Assembly: GCF_001194135.2 (NCBI RefSeq) | Contig: NC_068984.1 | Span: 128,359,413 to 128,423,412, forward strand | Reading direction: 5' to 3' | From: Octopus bimaculoides | Taxonomy: Eukaryota | Length of the DNA stretch: 64,000 nt | In this document: positions 39,192 to 52,319 of the stretch, one piece after another | Layout: each line of letters begins with the position of its first letter | Position numbering within the stretch: position 1 is the stretch's first letter | Notes under the pieces: model-generated | What the model was told of the DNA's origin: nothing | Seen by the model: the letters and a program-made list of their open reading frames with translations, nothing else | Database searches by the model: none | Made by a program: the position numbers and the translations under genes

Positions 39192-42100
39192 TTTATATAT
39201 ATTTATACATATATATATACAGAGAGGGGGAAACATATATACATGCTCACATGCATATGTACATAAGGGTATATACACACATATTCATCATGACCACTAT
39301 AGTTATGACCATCATATTTATCATCAACATTATCATCGTTTTATGAATCATTTATTATCTGAAAGTGTGTCATGTCAACACTCAGTTCAGTCTTGTGATA
39401 TCTTTTCTGTAATTTTTTAAAGCTGACCTTAAAACTTTTTCTTATGTCTTCTTACATGACAGAATATAGCTTTTGTTTTTTGTTGTTTTTTTTTTCACCC
39501 TTTTTTCGTCATCCATTCTCAGTACATGTCCATATGAGAGCAGTCAGCCTACCTACTCTACAAGCTTAAATGTTCTCTGTATTTCATGTAGAATAAAAAA
39601 TTACACACCCAATAGATTGCATTCACCTTATTTCCCTCTATCATCCACAGATTTTTCTCATTCAATGCCAGTGCATCACTATATGCAGTATCAAATCATA
39701 CACTTAACACATACTTCATAGTTTACTTTAGCACAGGATGAACCTTTGTTATCAGGAGTAAACTCTCAATAAACTCCTCTATACAATATATATCATCATC
39801 AATGTTATAATGTTCAATTTTCCATCCTTGCATGTTCAGATAGAATTCGTTGAGGCAAATTTTCTATGGTTTGATGTCCTTCATGTCATCTACAAGCAGC
39901 TATTTCCAAGCAAGGTAATATTTCCCCATGGTCAAACCTATTTCCCTGACTGGTTGGAAATGAAAGACATTGCTTGTATTACAGTGATGTTTATTTACAA
40001 ATATCATACAATGTCAAGACAAAGGACACACACACACACTCTCTCTCTCTCACACACACACACACACATGCACACATACAAGTACACATACACTCACACT
40101 CACACACACAACTGTTGTCTTTCAGTTTTTATCTACAAAATCCACTCACAAGGCTATTGTCAGCCCAGAGCTATAGTAGAAAACACTTGCTCAGGGTGCT
40201 GTATGGTGGGAGTGAACCCAAAAACCATATGGTTAAAAAGTAAGTTTCTTAGCCATTCTGGGTTGGCCATCATTTGCACAAATCTGTAAATGTTTTGGTC
40301 ACTGATTTTTATATCACACGCCGTTTTGGTTTGACTTAGAACATTTAAAGTATTCATTATTGAGGAGGCCAAATCAAATTGAAACACTGTGTCTGGCAGT
40401 CTACTGGGGCATTCTAAGTGAAGCTCTGTGTTTTTAACACACAAGTCTTTTTGAGAAGTTGCTCTGAGACAAAATACTACAGCTGGTGTCATTCTACGTT
40501 TGCATACACGTAATACAAGTATAAAAGAACTTATTATCAACCACAAATGACTTAGTAATATGTGCCATATTTTTCTTAATTGTTTTGGGTGCCTATGCAG
40601 TTTCAAGAAGACATAAGTATCCTTTCAACTTTTCTAGCCTTTGACCCTGTGACATATCAAGAATAGCTGGAGTGGAAGAGAGCTGCAACCATTTTTTCCA
40701 TATATTTATAGGCTGGTGAAAAGAGGTGGATAGAGAGTTACCTCTGACCTTAGCAGATCCTCTTCTATGGAGAACATTGATGCAATTAATGTCCAATTTC
40801 ACCATCCTTAGGAAATCAAAGGTCACTGTGTGTGGATTTCCAAACTGATGCTGTTCTGTGGAAATGCAGTCTATACAAGCTTATAAAGCAGACCCAAAAG
40901 TGTTGCCCCATAAAAGCACTACCTGGAGTGGCCAGCTCCTTGTGCCCACCTGTATCTATGTTACTACAGGGTTTGGTAGGATGATAAGAGAAGAGATTAA
41001 AGAATCCACCTGACATAAGTGAAGGGATACACAGCTAATTTAGAGGAGTAAAGGCCATTATAATAGAAGTAGAATATGGAGAGAGAAGAAACAGTGAATA
41101 TGTCAGGAAGTGGTTGTGTGTTGGTTAGTATGTCTTTGTCAGTCAGTCAAATGAGCATTAAGGTATCTTTTACTTTCTTTATGGTTAATTTGAAGACATC
41201 GAGTGACTGAAGAAGTTTATTAAGAGGTAGCCACAATATCTACAGTTATGAAATATGTGATTGAGAGAAGGAAATTACAAGAAATTGAAATTAATATATC
41301 TGATAACCAATTAATTAAGTCTTGTGTGAAGAGACAATATTACAGTAGTTTTGACAACTGAACTACCTATTAATTAATTGGTACTCTTACACATTAACTC
41401 AGTTGAAAAGGTCTTTTCTTTTCTTCTTTTACTTGGTATAGTCTTGATTAATTAAATGTATCATACTCTCTTTATTAAGAGTGTTAGAGCTTATCTCACT
41501 ATGAATCACCTATTGGTTTTCAGTCAGTTTAGTACATCACAACTAAATTAATCTCTTCCCCACTTCCCTCTCTTTTTCTCTTAATTGCTTTGCTGTTAAG
41601 TAGAGCAGCAGAAGGAATTCAAGGCTGAGAGCAATGTCAGTGATGCATAACAAATTCACACTTTTTTGGTTAGAAGGTTGACACTTTATCCATCCAATCT
41701 TTGTGGTTCTTGAATTTGGAAATTAAGTGGACTTTAGCAAAGTTATATGAAATCAATAGAATGTAATTAGGTTTTGTACTAATTTTGTGGAACAATATAT
41801 TTCCGTATTTCTTAGACAATTGCAAGAGAGAGTAATAAGTAGCAAAGAACAAACAACTACACATTGCGTTTATCAATCAAAAGAATGTAGGATGACATGT
41901 TTTCTGTAAGATGTCACGTTCTCTGGTCAGCAGTAAGGAAGTCTAACTGAAAGCAGATTCAGAATTAATAGTACATTCACTGCTCTGTTTAAAGGTCAAA
42001 TATGTGTTTAGAAGAGGTTCTTCACAAACTATCTCATTTTTTGTTCTTGAAGCCACTTTCAAAAAATTAAGATTTAATATCCTGTTTCCACAAGGAATAA

Positions 42101-43535
42101 ATTCAGAAATTACAGGAAAATATTTGAAATTGAAAAAAAGATCATTAACCAGTTATGATGTTAAATATCTATCAAAAACTAGAATTGGTATTTTCTGCAA
42201 GTCATGTTGCTTCAGTAAATTTGATATATCGATAAAAAATGGTTTCAAACTTGAAATTCTTCAGCAAAAGATAGATTGATTTATACAACTGCTTTCTGCA
42301 GTTAAGGGTAACAGGATTTTGAGTGAATATGTCTGATGTCTGCAATTAAATGGTTAATGAATAGATTTACAAGAATAAGTCAGTAATAAGAAACCAACTA
42401 AAACATCAGATAAATTCTTAGTATGGAGAATATAACAAAAAGTCCATTTTCATGGTGTACTAAACTAATTTTATAAAAAAGCAACATACAAACATATTAG
42501 TTTGGATTTGGTCATCACACCTGAGAAAACAAGCATCTTTCCAATTGGTTGTATAAATAAGAGTAATAAAATGCAGGATACTGAAATAATCCAATCATAT
42601 GTAATATTTTTCTGAAGATCACTTAAAAAGAAAAAACACCATTAAAAACACTAATAAAAAGTTGTTGTAAATCGTAATGTATTATTGATGTATCTTTTAT
42701 CTTTTTCTTGTAATTAGACTGCAACCTTGTTGGAACACTGCCTAGATAGGTTTAGTTGAACAAATCAACTCCAGTACTTATTTTAAAGTCTGGTATGTAT
42801 TCTATCAGACTTATTTACTGAACCACTAAGTTACAAGGATGTAAACTGACCAACACCAACTGTTAAGCAGTTTTTGGGGACAAACACAGACACAAAGAAA
42901 CACACAAATAGATATATATACACAGTTTCCATCTACCAAATTTGCTCACAAGGCATTGGTTGGTCTAGGTCTATAGTAGAAGGCATTTCCCCAAAGTATT
43001 GTGCAGTGGGACTGAACTCAAAACCACAAGGTGGCAAAGAAAGCTTTTTAACTATATAGTTATGACTTCAACTTATGAAAATCTCTTTAAAAAAAAATGG
43101 CTTAAACCCTTTTGATACCAACCCACCTGAAAGTGCCTCAGACTCTGTAGTACAAATGCCTTGTTTTCAAAAGTTCTTAATTAAAACCTTCCACCAAACC
43201 TCAGTCACAATTTATGTTCCTAATACTAGCTTAATGATAACTAAATTATTTTACTAAATTCTTTGTTATATTTAAAATTAATTAAAAGAAACACAGAGTA
43301 TCTCAACAGAAATATGGTAACAAAAGGGTTAAAGCACCTTAATAAAAGATTATCATAAATTGTAATGTACAATTGATGTAGTGGATGGTCTCAAGATGTT
43401 TTATCAAAATTCAAATTCACAGTTAAGACCAGAGGAGAAATTTTACATTTCAACTGTTTTTACAAAATTTATTTCATAAGCAAAATCTTCTTATAGTAGC
43501 AGAAACAATATCCTTTGAGTATTTTCTGCAACTAT

Positions 43536-44264
43536 AGGGCTTTCCTATAAGTAGGTTATCTCCCTTGGCTAGGCGGCGCTCCATGTAGATAATTAAACTT
43601 CCGGAGGCTACCCGCGCCATTGTTATTGTTTTACGTCTTATCATGGATATAAAGCAGCTTGATGATTCAGCTATCGAAGTACTTACTGTGCCTGAGTTAA
43701 AGAAATATTTAAGATTATATGGACAGTATGTTACTGGAAGAAAGGCGAACTTGACTGAAAGGTTGAAAGGAATAAAAATTCTGTCGATGAAGAATGTCAA
43801 CAAAGTAAATTCATTGGACGATAAGTCTGAAGTATCGGACGATACTTCAGACAGGAATAAGCAGAAGCTTATATCTCCTCTCGGTGAAGTATTGCCTGAT
43901 CTAAAGATCTTTGTAAGTTGCCGAATTTCACAGATAATGACATAATTACCTCGTGCTAAGGATGAAATCAAAGCAACAGTTAAGGAGTGGCATATTTTAC
44001 CATGACAGACACGTACACAGCATCGAATACCACGATGTGAGTGAAAGCTGCTCTCACTGTATTGTCCGGTGTCTGGTAATCCCTTCGATACCGACATCAA
44101 ACCAAAAAAATAATCCTGACCACAGAGTGTGGGTAATTATGTCAAATGTCACTGGCAATGTGCATTCAGCTGATTGCAACTGTTAAAGCAAGTCACTGAG
44201 CATGCGTACATGTCATACGGGAGAGTTCCAATCAGGGGTGGATAACACCTTATAGGAAAGCCCT
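43536..44264 (+). mobile_element. Internally deleted TIR DNA transposon with a SAP + SWIM-like pseudo-ORF (ISL2EU/PIF-Harbinger-like)
   Basis: Perfect 19-bp inverted repeat TATAGGGCTTTCCTATAAG at 43533-43551 and 44249-44267. TSD reads AT (or TA/TATA). SAP-like LTVPELKKYLRLYGQYVTGRKANLTERL at 43682-43765. HRVWVIMSNVTGNVHSADCNC ends at 44183, in a second frame. Confidence 0.75.
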
Positions 44265-44356
44265 ATATGTTGTATTGGAAAATTCTGTGGAAACAACTCG
44301 GTATATATTGTAATATTGCATTGTAATCAATATGATAAATGAAATCAATATCTTAC

Positions 44357-44449
44357 CTAACAATAAATGCAAAGTCAACAATATAAGCATAGAAATTAAT
44401 CCAAAGCTTTTATTATTCAAAGGACCATGGTCTACATATTTCTGTATAA
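44357..44449 (-). CDS. Candidate exon encoding a hydrophobic (transmembrane or GPI-signal-like) segment
   Basis: TTTATTCAG acceptor and TAG|GTAAGA donor. 93 nt, phase 1-1: IQKYVDHGPLNNKSFGLISMLILLTLHLLL. Confidence 0.55.
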
Positions 44450-44485
44450 CTGAATAAACTTGATATAACAAAAATTTATGTAATA

Positions 44486-45495
44486 CTAGCAGAAATACCC
44501 GGCTTTGTCCGGGTTAAAGAGAATAATGAAATCTAAAAACGTCGTCTAGACTATGCAACCCTCAACTGTTAGTAGCTACGATACCATATTACTACATTAA
44601 TAACTCTCCAATCCATGCCAGCATGGAACATAGACATTAAGTGGAATGCCAGTCTCTCATCTAGGAGGGCCTTGAAATCAATGTTACCAACTGGGGACTA
44701 CGTGTGTCGCAGTGATAATAAAAAGACCCAAAGGAGGTCTGCAACGAAATAATTTTACTCAACACTTTGCAAGTGAATCAGTGGAGGTAAAGATGCGTCT
44801 CATTTACTTGACAATTTATACACNNNNNNNNNNNNNNNNNNNNNNNNNNNNNNNNNNNNNNNNNNNNNNNNNNNNNNNNNNNNNNNNNNNNNNNNNNNNN
44901 NNNNNNNNNNNNNNNNNNNNNNNNNNNNNNNNNNNNNNNNNNNNNNNNNNNNNNNNNNNNNNNNNNNNNNNNNNNNNNNNNNNNNNNNNNNNNNNNNNNN
45001 NNNNNNNNNNNNNNNNNNNNNNNNNNNNNNNNNNNNNNNNNNNNNNNNNNNNNNNNNNNNNNNNNNNNNNNNNNNNNNNNNNNNNNNNNNNNNNNNNNNN
45101 NNNNNNNNNNNNNNNNNNNNNNNNNNNNNNNNNNNNNNNNNNNNNNNNNNNNNNNNNNNNNNNNNATCTATATGTATACATATACATCTCTCTCTCTCTC
45201 TCTTTCTCTCTTTCTCTCTCTCTCTGAAAGTATCTGTCATTACAGTATCAAAATGTGATTGTTTCAGTTAGTAGAATAGTTTCATTTTTAAAGTGAAAGT
45301 ATTTGACATGAGTGTTTTTGTTTCACTTTTGACACGTAATACTTAAATAGTGGAGGAGATATTATGTTGCCGTGGGCTCGAACTCTGCAAGAAGTTAAAA
45401 TTTTTTTTGACTAAAACACAACTGGAACCCTAAGTAAGGCATGTGTAAAATTTGAATGAAATTGGTTGCGTAGTTCTCGAGTTTTGGGGATTCAC

Positions 45496-45530
<35 letters not shown>

Positions 45531-45556
45531 CACATTCTCATTTTTATATATATAGA
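44486..45556 (-). mobile_element. Non-autonomous Helitron (contains an assembly gap)
   Basis: Minus-strand 5-prime TC at 45556-45555 and 3-prime CTAG at 44489-44486, inserted between A and T. Subterminal hairpin ACCCGG-CTTTGT-CCGGGT at 44497-44514. (GACA)n tract near the 5-prime end. Confidence 0.8.
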
Positions 45557-46317
45557 TTGATATGATAGATAGATATAGTGTAAAAACTTTCATAAATATT
45601 CTATGAGCATCTCAAAGAAAATCTTTGTAATTACTTACTCTCAATGAAAATAATTGAATAGAGACTAGAGACAGTTAAGAGTGCAAGAGAGAGAGAGAGA
45701 GAGAGAGCATTGCAAGGAAAGAAACTGAGGATAAGTGTGAGAGAGGAAAAGTTACAAAGACAGAGCAAGAGAAATGCTTATAGGAATAGAGGCAGTAAAC
45801 AAAGAAGAGATGAAAAGAGAAAGTGAAAGAAGTAAGACAACAAAAAATGCTATCTTGCCATGTAAGATTTTTAAAAATGCTATCTTGCAGCGAATTAAAA
45901 TCAATTTTCTGATTGAATTATAATAATTGCAATAAAAGAAACTTGAAAACTATACTTTAATACAAATATATTTAAACTGGGTTTTTAAAAAATTTTGCAG
46001 ATAGTGTAGACTTTTATATTTGCTTATTTTAGTAAAAGTTACATACACATAACTACTTAATAAACAGCTTTCTTCATTTCTTCATATAGTATAGATACTA
46101 GAATCTACTGTAATACAGTGTCTAAAAGTGACTTTTTATTTAAAGAATTTAATTTTTATTTTGTCTAATAAACAATTATGCCTTAATTGCATTCATATGG
46201 TTTGCATGAAAAGCATAGTAGATTCCAAGATCTATTATGAACTGAATGCCTGTTCAAGAATAACTAATACTTCATTGGTTGAGAGTTATGTGTAGCAAAC
46301 AAAAAGAAAATGTTTAC

Positions 46318-46337
46318 TTATCTGACCAGAGAAATGT
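46318..46337 (-). CDS. Candidate 20-nt exon
   Basis: Long poly-T followed by ACAG acceptor, and a GTAAAC donor. Frame is ambiguous. Confidence 0.25.
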
Positions 46338-47715
46338 CTGTAAAAAAAAAAAAAAAATCAATGATGGCTTTTCAGTATTAGCCAAATATTGGCTGCACCA
46401 GGCATTAATAGGGAAGTAGAAATGGTTTCTCTTATTCTGGTTCAATAAAATCAATTTACTTTCAAAATTACTCTTATAAATTGAAATCATGTTGCTTGTT
46501 TCTCTTGTATGAGGTCTTATCCCAATCTTTCAGCAAATTTTTGTAATATTATTTTTTCTTTCTTGTTCAACTCACATTGTAGATAACTATTAATAGCAAG
46601 TTAAAGTCTATATTTTGTGCACCACTATTTCTTTATGAATGTCAATATTTTCATAAGCGTAACTATGAAATTATGTAATGGCTTCTATATTTTGTCTAGC
46701 CATTGTCACTTGCAAAAACCATTGTAAGTCTGTTGTAAACAAATGTTTTAAGCTAAACAATAACTTTCTGAGTTACTTTGCCATAGACAAATATAAACCA
46801 ATAATTTACAATTTTCCTAATGTAGAATCAAAAATATCTAAATGTAAAAATTGGTGACTAAAATATTTTATGGATAATGTAGCATTCCTATCCTGTATAT
46901 CAACTCAAAGCATTTCTTTTAAATAGTGTTTTACAAAAGTATTAGTATGAGTTGAACAGTTGTACAAAATGAAAGATTTACTTGAACCATTGAAGTAAAT
47001 ATTTTACACAAAATTCAAAGAAATACTTTTGATACCAGTAGCATTGTCAACAGAATGACATGGTTACATAGAAACAGTCTAAGTAAGTGGTCTTAAGAAA
47101 GAAATAGGAATACTTCTTGTTTTCCTTTTATTCCTATAAATCTGTAATGTAGGATAATGGATGACAAAATCAGAAGAGGATCAGACGAATTGTCATGCAG
47201 TATTCCATTCATTATGTCTCTTTATACTTTGCATTCAAGTCCAACCATGACCAGTTCTATGGTGTGTGAGTTGTTCATGAAATATGATGGTGAGGTCAGT
47301 CCTAAAATATCTTTTGACAAGAGTTGTTTATGAGAAATGGAAGTCTGATGGGCTTCTTCCTAATAGTAACATTTGTTTCTGTGTTGATGAAAATAAACAA
47401 ATAGTTAGATCCCCCATGGGAGAAACCCATGATCCTTGTTAATAGAAATGAGAGATAAATCAATTGATCAGTTGATATTAACAATGTACAAGGGGGTGAG
47501 TTTAAAGGTTGAGGATAAGTGAATGAGGTTAGTGTTATTTCTAAAAGTGTGGTAATGAGAACAAAAAAGAGAATATAGATGATAGGTTTTTGTTTGACTC
47601 CAGAAGTGAAAGGTATCATTGATGCAAATGGTGTTGCCATTGACTCAAGTAGTTATGCTATAAACTTAAATAGGTGTGTGTATATGTGTGTTTGTCAGCA
47701 TGCAATATTTGCGGT

Positions 47716-47945
47716 GAGCTGGCAGAACCGTTAGCACACCGGGCGAAATGCTTAGCGGTATTTCGTCTGCCGTTATGTTCTGAGTTCAAATTTCGTCGAG
47801 GTTGACTTTGCTTTTCATCCTTTCGGGGTTGATTAAATAAGTACCAGTTACGTACTGGAGTCGATGGAACCGACTTAATCCATTTGTCTGTCCTTGTTGG
47901 TCCCCTCTATGTTTAGCCCCCTGTGGGCAATACAGAAATAAATAT
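47716..47945 (+). mobile_element. Well-preserved Meta-domain-like SINE
   Basis: Same head and core as the 1830 copy. Confidence 0.8.
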
Positions 47946-48189
47946 TTGCAAATGAGTGTTATTATCTTGCAAGTGTTGTTGTTCATTTTCAATCTTCCAT
48001 GAAAATATGTCTGGTCATAGGAAAATATTACCACTCTTGGAAACAGGTGTGAGTTAGCAATAGGAAGAGCATTCAGCCATAGAAAATGCATTTCAACAAA
48101 TTTCATCTGACCTGTGCAAGCATATAAGTGGACATTTAAACAATGATGATGATGGTGGTGAACTGGGTGTTTAATTCAAACTGCCTGAT

Positions 48190-48450
48190 GTAAGAACACA
48201 ATGGTACAAAGAAAAGAATGAAAGCCAGAAAAAACAGACAAGCAAAAAAGAACAAGCTAATAATAGATCAGCATCTGATGTTGATGAAGAGCTTTCTCCA
48301 GGGGATATAGTTGTGAAATTCTTCATTCCTGTTTTAGATATTCTTGAAGTAAACTTCAGCAGAAAAGTAGTAGTCTACTTACTATGTTACAAACAACTTC
48401 TCATTTTTAGTTTATTCGGAAGCTTCAGTAACATGAAGTAGTAGAAACTT
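48190..48450 (+). pseudogene. Possible hAT transposase C-terminal remnant
   Basis: DEELSPGDIVVKFFIPVLDILEVNFSRK resembles the hAT F..VLD.L...L..R.. region; judged by eye only. Confidence 0.3.
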
Positions 48451-49084
48451 GGATTGAAGAATACCCAAATGGTGTTGGACAAAATGCTTAGCAGGATTTA
48501 CATTCTGAGTTCAAATCTCTCTGAGGTCAACTTTGCTTTTTATCCTTTTAACCCTTTTGTTATCATATTTAATTTTGATGCTCTGTATTTCTTTCAATTA
48601 ATTTTAAATATAACAAAGAATTTAGTAAAATAACTTAGGTATCATTAAGCTGGTGTTAGGAACATAAATTGTGACTAAGGTTTGGTGGAAGATTTTTATT
48701 CAAAACTTATGAAAACAAGACTTTGGTAGTACAGAGCCAGAGGCGGTTTCAGGTGGGTTGGTATCGAAAGGGTTGATAAAATAAAATCCCAGTGAAGTAT
48801 TGGGCTTAATGTAATCAACTTGTTTCACCTCTCAAAATTGCTGGCCTTATGTCAAAATAATAAAAATATATTAACCTTACAGGTGAACTAAGGTGTTTTA
48901 TGTTTGTTATGCAAAATAATTCAGGAAAAGAATAATTTTGTCCCAAACATCTTTATAAAATCATTTTCCAAAACAAGATGTATTTAGTTTTCTCTGTTGT
49001 TAAAGCAACATTGTAATTATTGTTATTTCGTTTTTGTATGTAGTTTGCAAGATTCTTTATGTGAATTCATGTGTTGAAGCATAT

Positions 49085-49398
49085 TTTATTGTCTCTGGGG
49101 AGGGTCATTCTCTTTTAGTGCCTTATTAATTTAACACACTCACTGGTTTGGTTTCTATTCATTTACTTATTATTTTTTACTAAAATTTTCGTTGTGACTT
49201 GCAACTTTTTCAATAGTTGTTGATTCTGTCCATTATTGGAATTCTGATAATGGACAGAATCAACAACTATTGAAAAGGTTGCAAGTCGCAACAAAAATTT
49301 TAGTAAAAAGTAATAAGCAAATGAGTAGAAACCAAACCAGTGAGTGTGTTAAATTAATAAGGTACTAAAAGAGAATGAGTCTCCCCAGACACAATAAA
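49085..49398. repeat. 314-bp fold-back palindrome
   Basis: Two ~157-bp inverted arms centred on GAATTC (49239-49244), differing by scattered substitutions. Confidence 0.9.
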
Positions 49399-49989
49399 TT
49401 ATTGTTATGTTTGATGGTAATAAATTGTTCAGGCAAAAGATGATTTTCACAGTTAAAGAGATTAAGTAATGAGCAGAGAGCCACCGTGTCTCAAGACAAA
49501 CTGTTTGCACTTAGCATTCTGAGTTTAGAGAATGATAAATTGTGTTGCCTACCATTAGAGGAGGTAATTCATTCAGAAACATGCTTACAGACACAGATAT
49601 AGAAGAAAATATGAGACAGTAAATAAATTTAGATCATCATCACCACCACCACCACCACCATTGGGGCTGATGTAGCAGACACTCGTCCAAGGTATCACAC
49701 AGTGGGCCTGAACACAAAACCATATGGTTGGGAAGCGAACTTCTTACCACACAGCCACAACTGTATCTATAATATGCTATCAAATAATTAAAAAGCATAC
49801 TTGTGTTCAAATTTTGTGAATCCTTCTGGTGAAGTTTTCTAATAGAGGGGTAGCATGGAGTTTCACCAAGTCAAATCTGATATTGTCTGAAGTACACTTG
49901 TCTTGCCCAATACTACAAGTCTACAGTGAATTTACTTATTTCTAATATTTTTCTGCAGTTATCTGACATGTATCACGTACAAGGTAATT

Positions 49990-50550
49990 TCCCTCTGTGA
50001 CAGCAAATGTGTGTATATATATGTGATTTGTGTTCATGATCGTGTGTGTGTGCATGTCTATATGTGTATGGCTGTATGCTTGTGTGTATGTATATGGGTG
50101 TGTATGTGCTATGTGTTTGAACGCTGTGTATGTGTATAGGTAGCATGTGTGTGTGCGAGCGTGTAAACGTGGTGCGTATTTGTGTGTATGAAAGTGTGTG
50201 TAAATATACGTGCATGGATGTGCGTACGTTTGTATGAGCATACAGGCGATCACCCGTTTGTATGTATGTGCGTGTATGTGTGTATATACGTGTGTGTGGG
50301 CATGTTTATACGGGTATGGTTGTATGTGTGTGAATGTTGTGTATACTTTTCATGTATGTGTATGTGTAGTTATTGCGCGTACATGTGTGTAAACGTTGTG
50401 CGTGTCTTGACATTGAGTGTGCGTAAGTGGTGTGCATGCGTATGCGTCAGAGTACGTCCATGCGCACACGTTTGTATGAGCATATGGGAGAACACACAGG
50501 TTTGTACGCATGTGTATGTATGTTTGTGTGTGCGCGCGGGCGCATGTACG
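49990..50550. repeat. Degenerate (TG)/(TGTA)-rich microsatellite field
   Basis: About 560 bp of imperfect purine-pyrimidine alternation, which explains the overlapping Cys/Val/Tyr-rich ORFs. Confidence 0.85.
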
Positions 50551-51102
50551 TATTGGCCAGTACTTATCTATATCGGAATGGCGGCAGCTGACATAGAAAT
50601 ACTTAGAACGTTTTCTACCTCAGCTTCAGCTTCATGTTTGAACTTGTCAAGAGTGGAACCGATTTTATACCTGACAAATTGCCAGGTCTTTTGTCCTGAC
50701 TTGCCAGATATAAATGTTGATTGCACAGCACAATGCAGGAACTGGTGCAACGATCAATTATTCAGGCGATTAATATTAATAAATTGGAAAAGCTCAGTAA
50801 ACTTTTGTTTTCTTTTTATATCTGATTCAACCTTTACTTACACCCTAACACAAACACAAACTAAACTAACGCGAAACCTATTCAACACATTAACCTTGAA
50901 CCAACAAAGGAGCAAATGAGTCACCTACGTAACCATTCGCGCTGCAAGAAATAGCAGTCAAAACTCCCTTAAATAACACCCCCATAGACTTAGTGATAAA
51001 TTAATGAATAAATAGATAAGCACGTCGGATAGTGTAGTCCTCGGCTCCTTGAACATGCGATAAAGATAAGATGGTCACGAGTGGATTGCTCTTGATCAGG
51101 AC

Positions 51103-51487
51103 TTGTTGTTGGCACTCCGTCGCTTACGACGTCGAGGGTTCTAGTTGATCCGATCAACGGAACAGCCTGCTCGTGAAATTAACGTGCAAATGGCTGAGCA
51201 CTCCACAGACACATGTACCCTTAACATAGTTCTCGGGGATATTCAGCATGGCACAGTGTGACAAGGCTGACCCTTTGAATTACAGGCACAACAGAAACAG
51301 GAAGTAAGAGTGAGAGAAAGTTGTGGTGGAAGAGTACAGCAGGGTTCGCCACCATCCCCTGTCGGAGCCTCGTGGAGCTTTTAGGTGTTTTCGCTCAATA
51401 AACACTCCCAACGCCCAGTCTGGGAATCGAAACCGCGATCCTATGACCGCGAATCCGCTGCCCTAACCACTGGGCCATTGCGCCTCC
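51103..51487 (-). mobile_element. tRNA-derived SINE, same family as 30779-31160
   Basis: Reverse-complement match over the full length. Confidence 0.85.
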
Positions 51488-52319
51488 ATAAAAATTGTAG
51501 TACTGGGTTTACCATTTCTGAAGAAAGACAAGAACAGTCTTTGGTGGAATGTCTTTGATCATAGATCTACTTAATTAGAGTTGAATTGGGGTCAGTATCG
51601 TCTTAAGGCATATGCACACTGGGCTGTTGCTCGGCGCTCCTCACAGATCTTGGGACCCAATTATCATCTATGTATGTTGTGACTTGCTGTCAATAAATAA
51701 ATAAATAAACAAATTAATTAATACATCAGGGTCCAGTGTATTTATCTGTCCAGTGGGGTAGTGATGGCTACAGTACTACAAAGGCGACTATGGGTAAATG
51801 TTGATAGTACGGATATGTAACGTAGTGAATGATAGTCACAGTAAAGGTAAATGATGGTGGTGAGGGATAGTTACAGTAGAGGTAGATGTAAAGCCGTCAT
51901 TAGGGTAAGAGACGTACACGGATCTTACGGGTCTAAAGGCCGTTTGGGCTTAAACAGCAACAACAATCTAATCTTAACGTAGTGCTTCCTAATGTTTTAT
52001 TAAAGATTTGTCACTGAAACAAGTTCATTAGTAACCTGGAGGACGAATCTATCGTCGTAAGTAATCACATGAAGAATATTTGTGATGCCACTAAGGAGCC
52101 GATTGGCGGAGAAACAAATGTCTTGTTAGTGACAATGAATAAGGACTCGTTGATAAGGACTTGCAGAATTATTCAAAGAACTGCACTGTGAATTCTTTAT
52201 AAACTAGTTAATTTCTTTTCTATTTTATTGACTATCGGAGTCTTCAATGTGTTTTTATATTATATATGTATTACATATGTAATTATTGAATTATATATTA
52301 TGCACATTATTGTGTTTTG

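Noticed and set aside
41900-42355. Protein-like minus-strand frames after a TTGCAG acceptor
   Set aside because: All frames stop early and no frame can be chosen. It may be a terminal exon or 3-prime UTR, but this is unsupported.
43474-44100. 208-aa minus-strand ORF
   Set aside because: It is the antisense shadow of the SAP/SWIM reading frame on the plus strand.
50182-50919. 245-aa Cys/Val-rich ORF
   Set aside because: Most of it is a degenerate TG microsatellite. The non-repetitive tail is open in several frames and has no recognisable domain.
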